From: Clostridiales bacterium
GTDB lineage: Bacteria > Bacillota > Clostridia > Saccharofermentanales > Saccharofermentanaceae
Assembly: GCA_017513085.1 (NCBI GenBank)
Contig: JAFWDK010000018.1
Span: forward strand, 1-64,000
Direction: 5' to 3'
DNA length: 64,000 nt
Made by a program: the position numbers and the translations under genes. Under the pieces are notes generated by a model. The model saw nothing but the letters and a program-made list of their open reading frames with translations, was not told where the DNA came from and searched no databases. Positions 46,534-56,664 of this stretch are shown piece by piece. The first letter of the stretch is position 1. Each line of letters starts with the position of its first letter.

Positions 46534-47461
46534 TGCCGTTGTCCTCCTCTTCATCATTTTCCGGAAGATTTCTATCCTTGCCGGTATCGTAGACCTTATA
46601 CTCCGCCCACAACGACTCAAGCGCCTCAAAAGATTCCTCGATATGGCTCTTCCTATGCATACCCAGTGCGACAAGCAACGCATTGATCAACGAAAGAGGC
46701 GCAGTCAGGGAATCAACGAACGAAGCCATATCCGACCTTGCAAAAAGCGCTACATCCGCGTGTTCCGTCATAGGTGTATCCGCTTTGTCGGTAATAACGA
46801 TCACGTTTGCACCGCGGCTTCTCGCATACTGCATGGATTGGATCGTTCTGGAAGAATATCTCGGGAAGCTGATTCCGATCATGACATCGCCCGGACCGAT
46901 CGGCAGGATCTGCTCAAATACTTCGTTGGCACTATTACTATGGATATGACGTACATCATCAAAAAGAAGCGTCATATAAAAATGCATGAATGACGAAAGA
47001 GGCGAAGAACTGCGAAGTCCCATCAAATAGATCTTCTTGGCACCAAGTATAGTCTTTACAGCCTTACTGAATGCTTCTGTATCAAGATTCTCATAAGTAT
47101 GCTTCAAGCTGTCAAGATCCGCCTGCATGATGGACTTCAATACTGACGCATCATCGGTAAAACGACTGGCAGCATTTAATCTCTGCACTGAAGTAAGCTT
47201 CACCTTCAGTTCTTCCTGCAGGACTTTCTGGAAATGCGGATATCCTTCATATCCAAGCTCCATAGAAAAACGCACGACTGTCGATTCACTGACCCCGGTA
47301 GCCTCTCCGAGTTTTGCCGCGGTCATATATGCGGCGCTTTCGTAATTGGACAGAATATAATTAGCTATAGCCTTCTGTCCCTTACTCATTGAATCGATTT
47401 CCTGCGCAATACGCTCCACTACCCCGCGCGGCGCATCCGTTCGCTTGTCATTTTGACTCAT
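46514..47461 (-). CDS. MurR/RpiR family transcriptional regulator
   Basis: MSKGQKAIA, GVSESTVVRF HTH; SIS domain GLRSS, ISFPRYS and ITD. Confidence 0.93.
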   Translation of the reverse strand: MSQNDKRTDAPRGVVERIAQEIDSMSKGQKAIANYILSNYESAAYMTAAKLGEATGVSESTVVRFSMELGYEGYPHFQKVLQEELKVKLTSVQRLNAASRFTDDASVLKSIMQADLDSLKHTYENLDTEAFSKAVKTILGAKKIYLMGLRSSSPLSSFMHFYMTLLFDDVRHIHSNSANEVFEQILPIGPGDVMIGISFPRYSSRTIQSMQYARSRGANVIVITDKADTPMTEHADVALFARSDMASFVDSLTAPLSLINALLVALGMHRKSHIEESFEALESLWAEYKVYDTGKDRNLPENDEEEDNGNERTDR

Positions 47462-48120
47462 GTCTCTTCATCTCCTTTTTGACCATCCATCCAGTTCTCG
47501 ATACTGATCTGGCGGTCATCGTTATTTCCGGCCGCATCATCGAGCGAATCTTCCAGATCCCGGATAGTCTTATACATCATCAACTCCATAGCCGGCATCT
47601 CTGAAACAGAAGATATACCGAACTCCAATAAAAACTGTTGCGTCGTACGGAATAGCGCAGGTCTGCCCGGCGCATCAAGTGTTCCGCATTCTTCAACAAA
47701 TCCGCGCTCGATCAATCGTGTCACGATCGAATCAGAACTGACTCCACGCACAGCTTCGATCTGCGCACGCGTCACCGGCTGGTTATACGCAATGACCGCT
47801 AACGTCTCATACGTCGCCTGCGACATAGGCGGGCGGTTCTTCGGCGCAAACATTCTCTCCAAAACAGGCTTCAATCCCGGCTTGGTACACATCACGTAAT
47901 CATCATCGGCCTTACGGATCAAAAGACCTCCCCACGGGTTCGTCTCGAACTCTTTCATCATGCGGGTCAAGGTCTCTTCAACAACTTCTTTCGGCATATC
48001 CGTGATCTCGCACAAACGGGAAACCGAAATCGGATCGCCATGCGCGAAAAGAATTGCCTCTAATGCAGACGGCAATTCCTGCACGGTAAGTTTACTTTCT
48101 CTTTCCATGCTATCAGTCAT
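47458..48120 (-). CDS. scpB: SMC-Scp complex subunit ScpB
   Basis: EAILF, ETLAVIAYNQPVTRAQIEAVRGV and PGRP. Confidence 0.96.
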   Translation of the reverse strand: MTDSMERESKLTVQELPSALEAILFAHGDPISVSRLCEITDMPKEVVEETLTRMMKEFETNPWGGLLIRKADDDYVMCTKPGLKPVLERMFAPKNRPPMSQATYETLAVIAYNQPVTRAQIEAVRGVSSDSIVTRLIERGFVEECGTLDAPGRPALFRTTQQFLLEFGISSVSEMPAMELMMYKTIRDLEDSLDDAAGNNDDRQISIENWMDGQKGDEET

Positions 48121-48934
48121 ATGCGCGCAGCTCCTTATTCTCGCTGTCCTGGTTCAAACCGAATCTCTCCTCGTCCAGCTCATCTTTCTTAGGCTCGATC
48201 AGGATAACGTCAAAAGGCTTATCCTGCTCCGCCACGATCTGGTCACCGCGAAGAAGCTCCAAAACCGCCAGGAAACCGACGATCCTATCCATCTTATCCA
48301 CCTTATGCACCGGAAAGATCTCATGAAAGAAAACCTTTCCTCTGCTTTTAAGGCTGTTCCATACAAATTTTATTTTATCACGAATCGAGAATTTGTCGCG
48401 CTTGAGGATATGTGTGATCTTGGCCGCAATATCAGCGAACCGGATCTCATTACGCTTACACACAGTATCAATGCCGGCATAAAACGCATCATCGTCAACT
48501 GCGGCAGGCACATACTCCACTTCAATGCCCAGTTCGGAGGGAGTCTGTGGTAATCTATACATACATTTGGAATAATCACGGTATCTGTCTTTGAGATCCC
48601 CGGCCAAAAGCTTACAACGGCGGTATTCCAAAAGACGTACGACCAGTTCTTCTCTCGGATCTTCTTCATCGGAATTTTCAGAGATCCTCTTGTCCGGAAG
48701 AAGCATACGCGACTTGATATGCACCAGAGTCGCCGCCATAAGAAGAAACTCGGAAGCGACTTCCATATCCAGAGAACTCATCTTATCCAGATAATCCATG
48801 TACTGATCGGTCACTTCCGCAATCGGAATATCGTAGATATCGATATCGTTCTTTTCGATCAAATGAAACAGAAGGTCCAGAGGACCTTCGAATTTTCTCA
48901 GTTTGACTTCAGGATTTGGATGCGCTACCGACAT
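48113..48934 (-). CDS. scpA: Segregation/condensation protein ScpA
   Basis: FEGPLDLL, FLLMAATLVHIKSRMLLP and FLAVLEL. Confidence 0.96.
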   Translation of the reverse strand: MSVAHPNPEVKLRKFEGPLDLLFHLIEKNDIDIYDIPIAEVTDQYMDYLDKMSSLDMEVASEFLLMAATLVHIKSRMLLPDKRISENSDEEDPREELVVRLLEYRRCKLLAGDLKDRYRDYSKCMYRLPQTPSELGIEVEYVPAAVDDDAFYAGIDTVCKRNEIRFADIAAKITHILKRDKFSIRDKIKFVWNSLKSRGKVFFHEIFPVHKVDKMDRIVGFLAVLELLRGDQIVAEQDKPFDVILIEPKKDELDEERFGLNQDSENKELRAYD

Positions 48935-48969
48935 GTACGTTTCCTTTCCAAAAGAACTCTCTTTGGTTC

Positions 48970-49968
48970 TTACTCATCAAAACCGATCTTTACGGCTTTT
49001 CTGACCTCACGGATCGTTTCTTCCGCTTTCTTAGAGGCCTTTTCCCTGCCCTGTCGCAGTATATCCAGAAGTTTCGGTTCATCCGCAAGAAGTGCCGTAC
49101 GCTTCTCATAAATAGGAGTATGGAACTCAGAGATCTTTTCCTGGAGAATACGCTTGCAGGCTACGCAACCGATGCAACCCTTCTTGCACTGATCTTCGAT
49201 CTCCGGAACTTTGTCCTCATTGAAGACCTTGTGGAAAGCGTAGACAGTACAAATATCCGGATGACCCGGGTCATCTTTACGGATACGGGCCGGATCCGTG
49301 ATCATGCTCATAACCTTCTTCTTAACATCATCAGGAGTATCCGCCAACGCGATCGTGTTGCCATAACTCTTACTCATCTTACGTCCATCCGTACCCGGCA
49401 GAACTTTTGCCTTTGTAAAAAGCGGCTGCGGTTCAACCAGCACATCCGACTTATAAAGGAAATTAAAACGTCTGGCCATCTCACGGGAAATCTCCAGATG
49501 AGCCGACTGGTCTTCGCCAACCGGAACATAACTTGCACGGTACATAAGAATATCTGCGGCCATCAATGCCGGATATCCCAGGAAGCCGTATGTCATAATA
49601 TCTTTTTCCGACGACATATTCGCAATCATATCCTTATATGTCGGGCATCTCTCCAACCAGGAAAGCGGTGTATTCATTCCGAGAAGCAGGAAAAGCTCCG
49701 CATGCTGCTTAATATCGGACTGAAGGAAAATCGTAGCCTTCTCCGGATCCACTCCACTTGCAAGAATATCGGCCAAAAGTCCGAGAGTATTCTTACGAAG
49801 AACATCTGTCTCCGCATAGCCTGTTGTCAGTGCGTGCCAGTCTGCGATAAAGAAATAGCACTCATATTGATCCTGAAGACGGACCCAGTTTTCAATAGCA
49901 CCGAAATAGTTGCCAAGATGAATATTGCCCGTAGGACGTGTTCCAGATAGTACGATTTTGTTTTCCAT
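48970..49968 (-). CDS. trpS: Tryptophanyl-tRNA synthetase
   Basis: RPTGNIHLGNY, YPALMAADIL, VGEDQ and KMSKS. Confidence 0.97.
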   Translation of the reverse strand: MENKIVLSGTRPTGNIHLGNYFGAIENWVRLQDQYECYFFIADWHALTTGYAETDVLRKNTLGLLADILASGVDPEKATIFLQSDIKQHAELFLLLGMNTPLSWLERCPTYKDMIANMSSEKDIMTYGFLGYPALMAADILMYRASYVPVGEDQSAHLEISREMARRFNFLYKSDVLVEPQPLFTKAKVLPGTDGRKMSKSYGNTIALADTPDDVKKKVMSMITDPARIRKDDPGHPDICTVYAFHKVFNEDKVPEIEDQCKKGCIGCVACKRILQEKISEFHTPIYEKRTALLADEPKLLDILRQGREKASKKAEETIREVRKAVKIGFDE

Positions 49969-50017
49969 ATTTACCCCTTATTTTATAGCCTTTCGACTTT
50001 AAATTTTTGTTTTCGCA

Positions 50018-50761
50018 TCACAATCTGAAGAAAACCGGAACTTTCAAAAGATCATATAGTCCTTTTTCCAGGAACGATATCGGATAGCGGAACGGCCATG
50101 CGACCAGATCAATGATCTTGGAAAGAATATTCAGATTTCCGAATCTTCCCATCAAGAGCAAGGCAAAGAAAATGTAATAACTGTATCTTGAAATATTCTC
50201 GAAGAATCTCCTGTGCTTGTATGGTATAAAAGTGGAAATAAAACGATATCCATCCAAAGGCGGCACCGGCAACAAATTAAAAGCCAGAAAAAGGAAACTG
50301 TACTCTCTTAAATAATAGAACAGTTTTAAGACCAGAGTGATAAACAACTGCATCTTTTCACTGCTTTCCGCACTGTGCCAGAACCAGCATACGATTACAG
50401 GAACAATGCAAGAAGCAACGATTGCCGTAATATAGTTTGCCGTAACACCGGCAAGACTGATCATGCGCTCGCAGGTCTGCCGCTTATACCGCTTCAGATT
50501 ATTCGGATTATACTGGACCGGCTTCGCCCAGCCGAACCCTGCAAGCAGCATCATGATCGCACCCAGAGGATCAATATGAGCCAATGGGTTCAGCGTAATT
50601 CTTCCTTGATATTTAGGTGTGTCATCTCCACACTTCACAGCTACCCATGCATGAAAAAATTCATGAATCGAAAAGGTAAAGGACAAGACCATGACCAGCA
50701 AGGTCAGTTCCATGATCTTTTCTGCCATAGAAGCATCTGAATTAAAAATCGAAAACAACAT
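50018..50761 (-). CDS. Site-2 protease (M50) family protein
   Basis: HEFFH, TLNPLAHID, GWAKP and FNLLPVPPLDG. Confidence 0.92.
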   Translation of the reverse strand: MLFSIFNSDASMAEKIMELTLLVMVLSFTFSIHEFFHAWVAVKCGDDTPKYQGRITLNPLAHIDPLGAIMMLLAGFGWAKPVQYNPNNLKRYKRQTCERMISLAGVTANYITAIVASCIVPVIVCWFWHSAESSEKMQLFITLVLKLFYYLREYSFLFLAFNLLPVPPLDGYRFISTFIPYKHRRFFENISRYSYYIFFALLLMGRFGNLNILSKIIDLVAWPFRYPISFLEKGLYDLLKVPVFFRL

Positions 50762-50781
50762 ACCTCTTGTATTCCCTCAAA

Positions 50782-53700
50782 TCAAGCTTTTTTCAAAGAA
50801 AGGCGAACTTTCTCTCCGTTGATATCCCAATCCTTGGAAGAATCATCCTCGCCTTCCACGATCGTCGTAGCAAGAACATCCGAAGCGATCTGCGCGCCGT
50901 ATTTCTCGAAGACGCTCTTGAGTTTCGCATCACAGGAATAGCTCACAACGATGCGGTCAGTGATCTCAAATCCGGAAGACTTACGCTGATTCTGGATCTT
51001 GGAAACGATCTCACGGACATAACCCTCCTCGACCAGCTCATCATTAAGCTTCGTGTCAAGAGAAACCGTAAAGCCCTTATCCGACTGAGTAGACAGACCT
51101 TCCGGCTGAACATTCTCCACCAGCAGATCCTCTGTAAGAAGCTCGAAAGTCTCGCCATCCACTTCGATGCTGATCTTGCCATCTGCATCAAGAGCCGCCA
51201 TCGTCTCCTTACCAGGCAGAGCAGCGATCACTTCTTTCGCAGCATTGAGTTTTGCGCCGAGCTTTCTGCCAAGTGTTCTCAGTTGAGGCTTAAACTTATA
51301 GTCAAGAAGTGACGAAGCATCCTTCAGGAAAAGCACTTCGTGCACGTTCAACTCTTCTTTGATGATCGAGCTGTATTCTTCCGGAAGCACATCTTCACAT
51401 ACAGCGTAAAGTTTGCTCAGCGGCTGACGGTTCTTGAGGTTTGCCGCCTGACGGCAGGAACGTCCGAGAGCCACGATCTTCTCTACATCATCCATATCAC
51501 GCTCGAGTTCAGGTAAGATCCATTCTTTCTTGGCAACCGGATAGTCACACATATGGATGGACAGCGGAGCATCTGCATTCACGGAACGTACGATGTTCTG
51601 ATAGATCGACTCGGTCATGAACGGAATAAACGGAGCCGCCAGTCTGGAGAACTGTTCAAGTACTGTATACAGAGTCATGAACGCATTGATCTTATCCTGC
51701 GTCATCTCCGGGCCCCAGTATCTCTCACGGCCACGACGTACATACCAGTTGGAAAGCTCATCCACAAAGGTCTCCATCAGACGTGAAGAGCCTGTGATAT
51801 CATATGCCTGCATTTTGCTGTCGACTGTCTCGATCAAAGAATTCAAGCGGGACAGGATCCACTTATCCATAACGGACAGTTTCTCGTAATCCAGAGAATA
51901 CTTGGTAGGATCGAACTGATCGATCTCTGCGTACATAACGTAGAAAGCATATGTATTCCAGAGCGTACCCATAAACTTACGTTGGATCTCATCAACATTG
52001 GCATGATCAAAACGCGACGGCAGCCACGGCGCATTCGCACTATAGAAATACCATCTGGCTGCATCGGCACCCTGACGGTTCAGGATATCCCACGGGTCAA
52101 CAACATTGCCCTTATGCTTACTCATCTTCAGGCCGTCCTTATCCTGGACAAGACCCATTACGATAACATTTTCGAAAGGCGATCTTCCGAACAACTGCGT
52201 GCTGATCGCAAGCAAGGAGTAGAACCAGCCACGTGTCTGGTCCAAAGCCTCGGAAATAAACTGACACGGATAGTGTGCATCGAAGAATTCCTTATTCTCA
52301 AAAGGATAGTGGAACTGAGCGAAAGGCATCGCGCCGCTGTCAAACCAGCAGTCGATAACTTCCGGAACACGCGTCATCGGTTTACCGCACTTCTCGCAAG
52401 TAACGTGAACATTATCCACATAAGGCTTATGAAGCTCAATATCATCCGGGCAGTCCGTCGAATTCTTCTTGAGTTCCTCGATAGAACCGATACACTGACG
52501 GTGGCCACACTCGCACTCCCATACCGGAAGAGGTGTACCCCAGTAACGCTCACGGGAGATACCCCAGTCAACAACGTTCTCCAGGAAGTTACCCATACGG
52601 CCGTCACGGATCGTCTCCGGATACCAGGTTGCCATACGGTTGCTCTTAACAAGCTGATCCTTAACCTTGGTCATAGCGATGAACCAGGAAGATCTTGCAT
52701 AGTAGATGAGCGGCGTATCGCATCTCCAGCAGAACGGATAGTCATGCTCGTAAGGCATCTTCTTTAAAAGCTTGCCTTCCATATTCAATTTCTTGATGAT
52801 AAGCGGGTCCGCATCCTTAACAAAGAGACCGGCGAATTCACCACACTCCTCCGGGAGTGTACCATCTTCTTTAACAAGCTGTACAAACGGCAGATCATTG
52901 TCACGGCCGACACGGGCGTCATCTTCACCGAAAGCCGGAGCAATATGAACGATACCGGTACCATCGCTCATGGTAACATAGCTGTCAGCGCAAACTTTGA
53001 AAGCTTCTTTTTTGCTCTTCTCCACGCTGGAAGCGGAATAAGGCAGCAAGGACTCATATTTCTTGCCCACCAGCTCAGTGCCCTGATATCTCTCCAGGAT
53101 CTCGTATTCGTCAAAAAGCTGCGGAACAAGGCATCCTGCCATATAATACATAACTTTCTTCTCGGTTCCATCAAGATCCTTTGGAACAGCGATCTTTACA
53201 TACTCATCCGTCGGGCTGACGCAGAGAGCCACGTTAGACGGAAGTGTCCAAGGTGTTGTCGTCCATGCCGCAAAATAAGTATCTTCTTCGCCGACAGCCT
53301 TAAAGCGGACGAAAACGGAATTCTCTTTAACCGCCTTATAGCCCTGAGCAACCTCATGGCTCGACAAAGCCGTACCGCAACGCGGGCAATAAGGAACGAT
53401 CTTGTGTCCCTTATAAAGCATGCCCTTGTCCCACATGGTCTTCAAAGCCCACCACTCGGACTCGATATAATTATTATCGTAAGTTACATAAGGATGTTCC
53501 ATATCGGCCCAGAAACCAACGCGGTCCGACATCTGCTCCCACTCGGTCTTATATTTCCATACAGACTCTTTGCACTTCTTGATGAAAGGCTCTACACCAT
53601 ATTCCTCGATCTGAGGCTTACCGTTGATGCCCAGCATCTTCTCCACTTCCAGTTCAACCGGAAGGCCGTGTGTATCCCAGCCCGCCTTAAACTGTACGTG

Positions 53701-53934
53701 CTCACCCTTCATAGCGTGGTATCTCGGAACGAGGTCCTTAATGACACGGGTCTTAATATGTCCGATGTGCGGCTTGCCGTTAGCGGTCGGCGGACCGTCA
53801 TAGAGCGTAAAGCTCGGTGTTCCGTCCTTCTCCGGGCGGATAGACTTCTTCTGGATGTCATTCTCTTTCCAGAAAGCCAGCACTTCCTTCTCGCGATCGA
53901 TAAACTTCATATCCGGCGATACTTTTTTATACAT
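50782..53934 (-). CDS. ileS: Isoleucyl-tRNA synthetase, class 2 (IleRS2)
   Basis: DGPPTANG, HIGH, GWDTHGLP, WTTTPWTL and KMSKH; IleRS2-type C-terminus EGYVREIVSKIQNQRK; no C-terminal Zn finger. Confidence 0.95.
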   Translation of the reverse strand: MYKKVSPDMKFIDREKEVLAFWKENDIQKKSIRPEKDGTPSFTLYDGPPTANGKPHIGHIKTRVIKDLVPRYHAMKGEHVQFKAGWDTHGLPVELEVEKMLGINGKPQIEEYGVEPFIKKCKESVWKYKTEWEQMSDRVGFWADMEHPYVTYDNNYIESEWWALKTMWDKGMLYKGHKIVPYCPRCGTALSSHEVAQGYKAVKENSVFVRFKAVGEEDTYFAAWTTTPWTLPSNVALCVSPTDEYVKIAVPKDLDGTEKKVMYYMAGCLVPQLFDEYEILERYQGTELVGKKYESLLPYSASSVEKSKKEAFKVCADSYVTMSDGTGIVHIAPAFGEDDARVGRDNDLPFVQLVKEDGTLPEECGEFAGLFVKDADPLIIKKLNMEGKLLKKMPYEHDYPFCWRCDTPLIYYARSSWFIAMTKVKDQLVKSNRMATWYPETIRDGRMGNFLENVVDWGISRERYWGTPLPVWECECGHRQCIGSIEELKKNSTDCPDDIELHKPYVDNVHVTCEKCGKPMTRVPEVIDCWFDSGAMPFAQFHYPFENKEFFDAHYPCQFISEALDQTRGWFYSLLAISTQLFGRSPFENVIVMGLVQDKDGLKMSKHKGNVVDPWDILNRQGADAARWYFYSANAPWLPSRFDHANVDEIQRKFMGTLWNTYAFYVMYAEIDQFDPTKYSLDYEKLSVMDKWILSRLNSLIETVDSKMQAYDITGSSRLMETFVDELSNWYVRRGRERYWGPEMTQDKINAFMTLYTVLEQFSRLAAPFIPFMTESIYQNIVRSVNADAPLSIHMCDYPVAKKEWILPELERDMDDVEKIVALGRSCRQAANLKNRQPLSKLYAVCEDVLPEEYSSIIKEELNVHEVLFLKDASSLLDYKFKPQLRTLGRKLGAKLNAAKEVIAALPGKETMAALDADGKISIEVDGETFELLTEDLLVENVQPEGLSTQSDKGFTVSLDTKLNDELVEEGYVREIVSKIQNQRKSSGFEITDRIVVSYSCDAKLKSVFEKYGAQIASDVLATTIVEGEDDSSKDWDINGEKVRLSLKKA

Positions 53935-54043
53935 AGTAAAACCTCAACTTTTCCAAAAGCTCCCGTCATTATAACATACGAAACAGGGCCTGAGTATGTT
54001 TTTTATATTATAAAGAGAATTTCGTCAATTCCTCCAAAAACGT

Positions 54044-56038
54044 TCACATTTCATATTCTTCTCTTACGTCGGCAAAAGGACCCGCTATCGTGGATACCCC
54101 TCTGTCTTTTCCGAAATAGTCATATTTCAGAACGATATCGGATCCATCCGTGTTTTCAAAACGCTGATCCGGCTGGAAGGCTTTCCCGAGTATGTCGGTG
54201 TTTATGATCCCCAGCGGGAAATCCTCCACTTTCTTTATTATGTTGGTGGAAAGAATATATTTTCCGTTCTTCTCCGTAACATCCGCCACAGCCTTGAATC
54301 TCTTTACGGTCAGGTTCTTCTCTTCCTTCTTCCATGCCTTCGCACCGTTCATGTACACATTGCCGTTGATCCAGACAGGAAGATGCTGGAAGTGCTTTTC
54401 CATGATCTTGTGTTCATAAGACATCGGCTCATCGAGATGGAAAGAATCGATCCATTCCTGATATGTCGGATATTCGTCAAAGATGAACGTGCCCGCTTCC
54501 TGCTTGTCGAAGAAATTCGGATCTTCATCCTCCGGACAGGTTTCGATCGGCCACTTCTGTACGAAAATATTATTGTAGATACGGTCATCTCCGTGAAGGA
54601 TACTCATAAAGCCCATCACTTCCGTTCTGTGCGGGAAATGGTAAGGTGTATATCTCGGCTGGTTCTTACCGGATACGAATTCATCCGTTCCCTCGCCGAT
54701 TGCCTGGAATGTTCCGCAGATCAGGTTATTGACCACAGCCACACCCTCCGTCGCCAGGCGAAGCGACGCTTTACTGAGCATGATGTTATTGTCGATAAGC
54801 GTAGGTCCATGGCTGACTTCCACAAAGATATCCTGACTCATGATCGTGCCGCGGATCCTCTTGGCAAAAGCAGGTGTATGATTGTCATGCAGGAAATTCT
54901 GTGAAAGGATCGTGCCCTGCGCCTGCCAGTCACACCAGATACCCATCGTACAATGATGAATGTGGTTTCTTCTCATGATCACATCGATCGCGGCATGCAT
55001 CTTGATTCCGGCGATCTCCGCGCCACCGATCTCCATCATGTTGTTTATGTTATGGATATGGTTGTCCTCGATGATGGAGAAGACACCGCCCATACGACCG
55101 ACAATACCGGTCTGTTCGCAGTGATGGATATGACAACGGCGCACGATATGCGAACCGATATTTTCCTTGAGCCATCCGTGATACTGGCCACGGCATACCG
55201 CGTCGCGCTCCATCTGCGTCGGACTCTTAACACGGTATTTCGTAAAGTAGTGGTCATTCTCCGGATCCAGATATTTGCCGAGAGAGATGCCGCAGCAACG
55301 GCTATGGCTGACTTCACAGTCTTCGATGATCCATCCCTTGCTCCAGTGAGGACCGATCATGCCGTCCTGGAATGCTGCCGGCGGAGCCCAGGTGGTGGCC
55401 GCTTTGTTCACGGTAAATCCGGAAAGCGTGATAAAGCCGACGCCTGTTTTGCTCGGGAAGAAGCAGTTTCTTCTGACATTGATCTCAACCTTTTGCTTAT
55501 TCGGATCTTTTCCCTGGAAATTAGCATAGATCACAGTCGTATTGCCATCCTGCTCACAATACCACTTGCGTGTGGAATTCTCCGGCTCCCAGGAAGCGAT
55601 ATCTATTTCGCCTTTGAGGCATTCCTCTAGCGTATCCGTCTCATAAAGAGCCACGTCATTCATATATACGCAGCCTGTATGCGGATAACGGTGCCAGAAA
55701 TACCAGTCACCGCCGATACGTGTGGTATATGGGTTATACGCACCGAAAATGCCGTTATCGATACGCACTCTCCAGGTTTTTCCTTTATATTTCTCCCATC
55801 CCTTTACGATTTCCGCGCCTGTAATGACAGCCTTCAGCGGCTCTACGGAACGATACGTGATACGGGCATCTTCTGTTCCGGCGTTTGCCGGATCCACGTA
55901 TTCACGATACACGCCGGGAAGTACAAGTACTTCATCACCCGGATTGGCAACTTTTGCCGCAGCAGAAATAGTCAGAAACGGGTGTTCTTTGGTGCCACAG
56001 CCCTGGGACTTCGTGTTCTGGTCAACGTAGTAGATCAT
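54044..56038 (-). CDS. GH120 beta-xylosidase-like beta-helix protein (no signal peptide)
   Basis: Motifs shared with T. saccharolyticum XylC as recalled: GVYRE, YANFQGKDPN, EINVR, WAPP, GPHWSKGWIIED, IGSH, EIAGIKMHAAID, CDWQAQGT (catalytic Asp) and FVEVSHGP (catalytic Glu). Confidence 0.85.
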   Translation of the reverse strand: MIYYVDQNTKSQGCGTKEHPFLTISAAAKVANPGDEVLVLPGVYREYVDPANAGTEDARITYRSVEPLKAVITGAEIVKGWEKYKGKTWRVRIDNGIFGAYNPYTTRIGGDWYFWHRYPHTGCVYMNDVALYETDTLEECLKGEIDIASWEPENSTRKWYCEQDGNTTVIYANFQGKDPNKQKVEINVRRNCFFPSKTGVGFITLSGFTVNKAATTWAPPAAFQDGMIGPHWSKGWIIEDCEVSHSRCCGISLGKYLDPENDHYFTKYRVKSPTQMERDAVCRGQYHGWLKENIGSHIVRRCHIHHCEQTGIVGRMGGVFSIIEDNHIHNINNMMEIGGAEIAGIKMHAAIDVIMRRNHIHHCTMGIWCDWQAQGTILSQNFLHDNHTPAFAKRIRGTIMSQDIFVEVSHGPTLIDNNIMLSKASLRLATEGVAVVNNLICGTFQAIGEGTDEFVSGKNQPRYTPYHFPHRTEVMGFMSILHGDDRIYNNIFVQKWPIETCPEDEDPNFFDKQEAGTFIFDEYPTYQEWIDSFHLDEPMSYEHKIMEKHFQHLPVWINGNVYMNGAKAWKKEEKNLTVKRFKAVADVTEKNGKYILSTNIIKKVEDFPLGIINTDILGKAFQPDQRFENTDGSDIVLKYDYFGKDRGVSTIAGPFADVREEYEM

Positions 56039-56658
56039 TGTTTTTCCTCCAAGATGTATGCTGATTCGATGTCTGATGTATAAATTGCTACTACCGACGG
56101 GTAGATCTTAGCCGTTTCGGAAAAAGGATCCGGATAAGTGTTCTTGTCCGGTCCCATATGCAGACGGATCATAGCGTATTCTTCAGCCGTTATGCGGATA
56201 AAATTCTGAATATAACAACAGGATTTTTCACCATGTCCGACCGGGAAATTGTCTTTGATCCCCCAAACTTCTTTTTCCACCCAATTCGCGACTTCTTTGC
56301 CGAACTGGTTGATCTTCGTGCCTTCTTTAACGTTTTTCACTTCTTTGACATAGAAGTTCACTTTGCAAAGATCATGAAGAAGCGACGTGATAATAACGGT
56401 TTCCGGCTTGATCGAGATCAGGCCCTGCTCCACTTTCTCCGAAAGACGTTGATAAACATGAAGGCTGTGAAGCGCAAGTCCACCCTCGCAATTCAGATGA
56501 TACTTCGTGGATGCCGGAGCACGGAAAAAATCCGTCTTATTCGTGATCCAGTCCAAAAGCCGGTCCATGCCGGGACGGTTGGTCGACAAAAGAAGGTCAG
56601 TGATCTTTTTCTTATTCTGCTCCTGCTCCTCTTTAGATATTGAAAACTCTTCTTCCAT
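56035..56658 (-). CDS. HD-domain phosphohydrolase
   Basis: APASTKYH, GGLALHS, LLHDLCK, GHGEKS and IRLHMG. Confidence 0.85.
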   Translation of the reverse strand: MEEEFSISKEEQEQNKKKITDLLLSTNRPGMDRLLDWITNKTDFFRAPASTKYHLNCEGGLALHSLHVYQRLSEKVEQGLISIKPETVIITSLLHDLCKVNFYVKEVKNVKEGTKINQFGKEVANWVEKEVWGIKDNFPVGHGEKSCCYIQNFIRITAEEYAMIRLHMGPDKNTYPDPFSETAKIYPSVVAIYTSDIESAYILEEKQ

Positions 56659-56664
56659 TATTGC

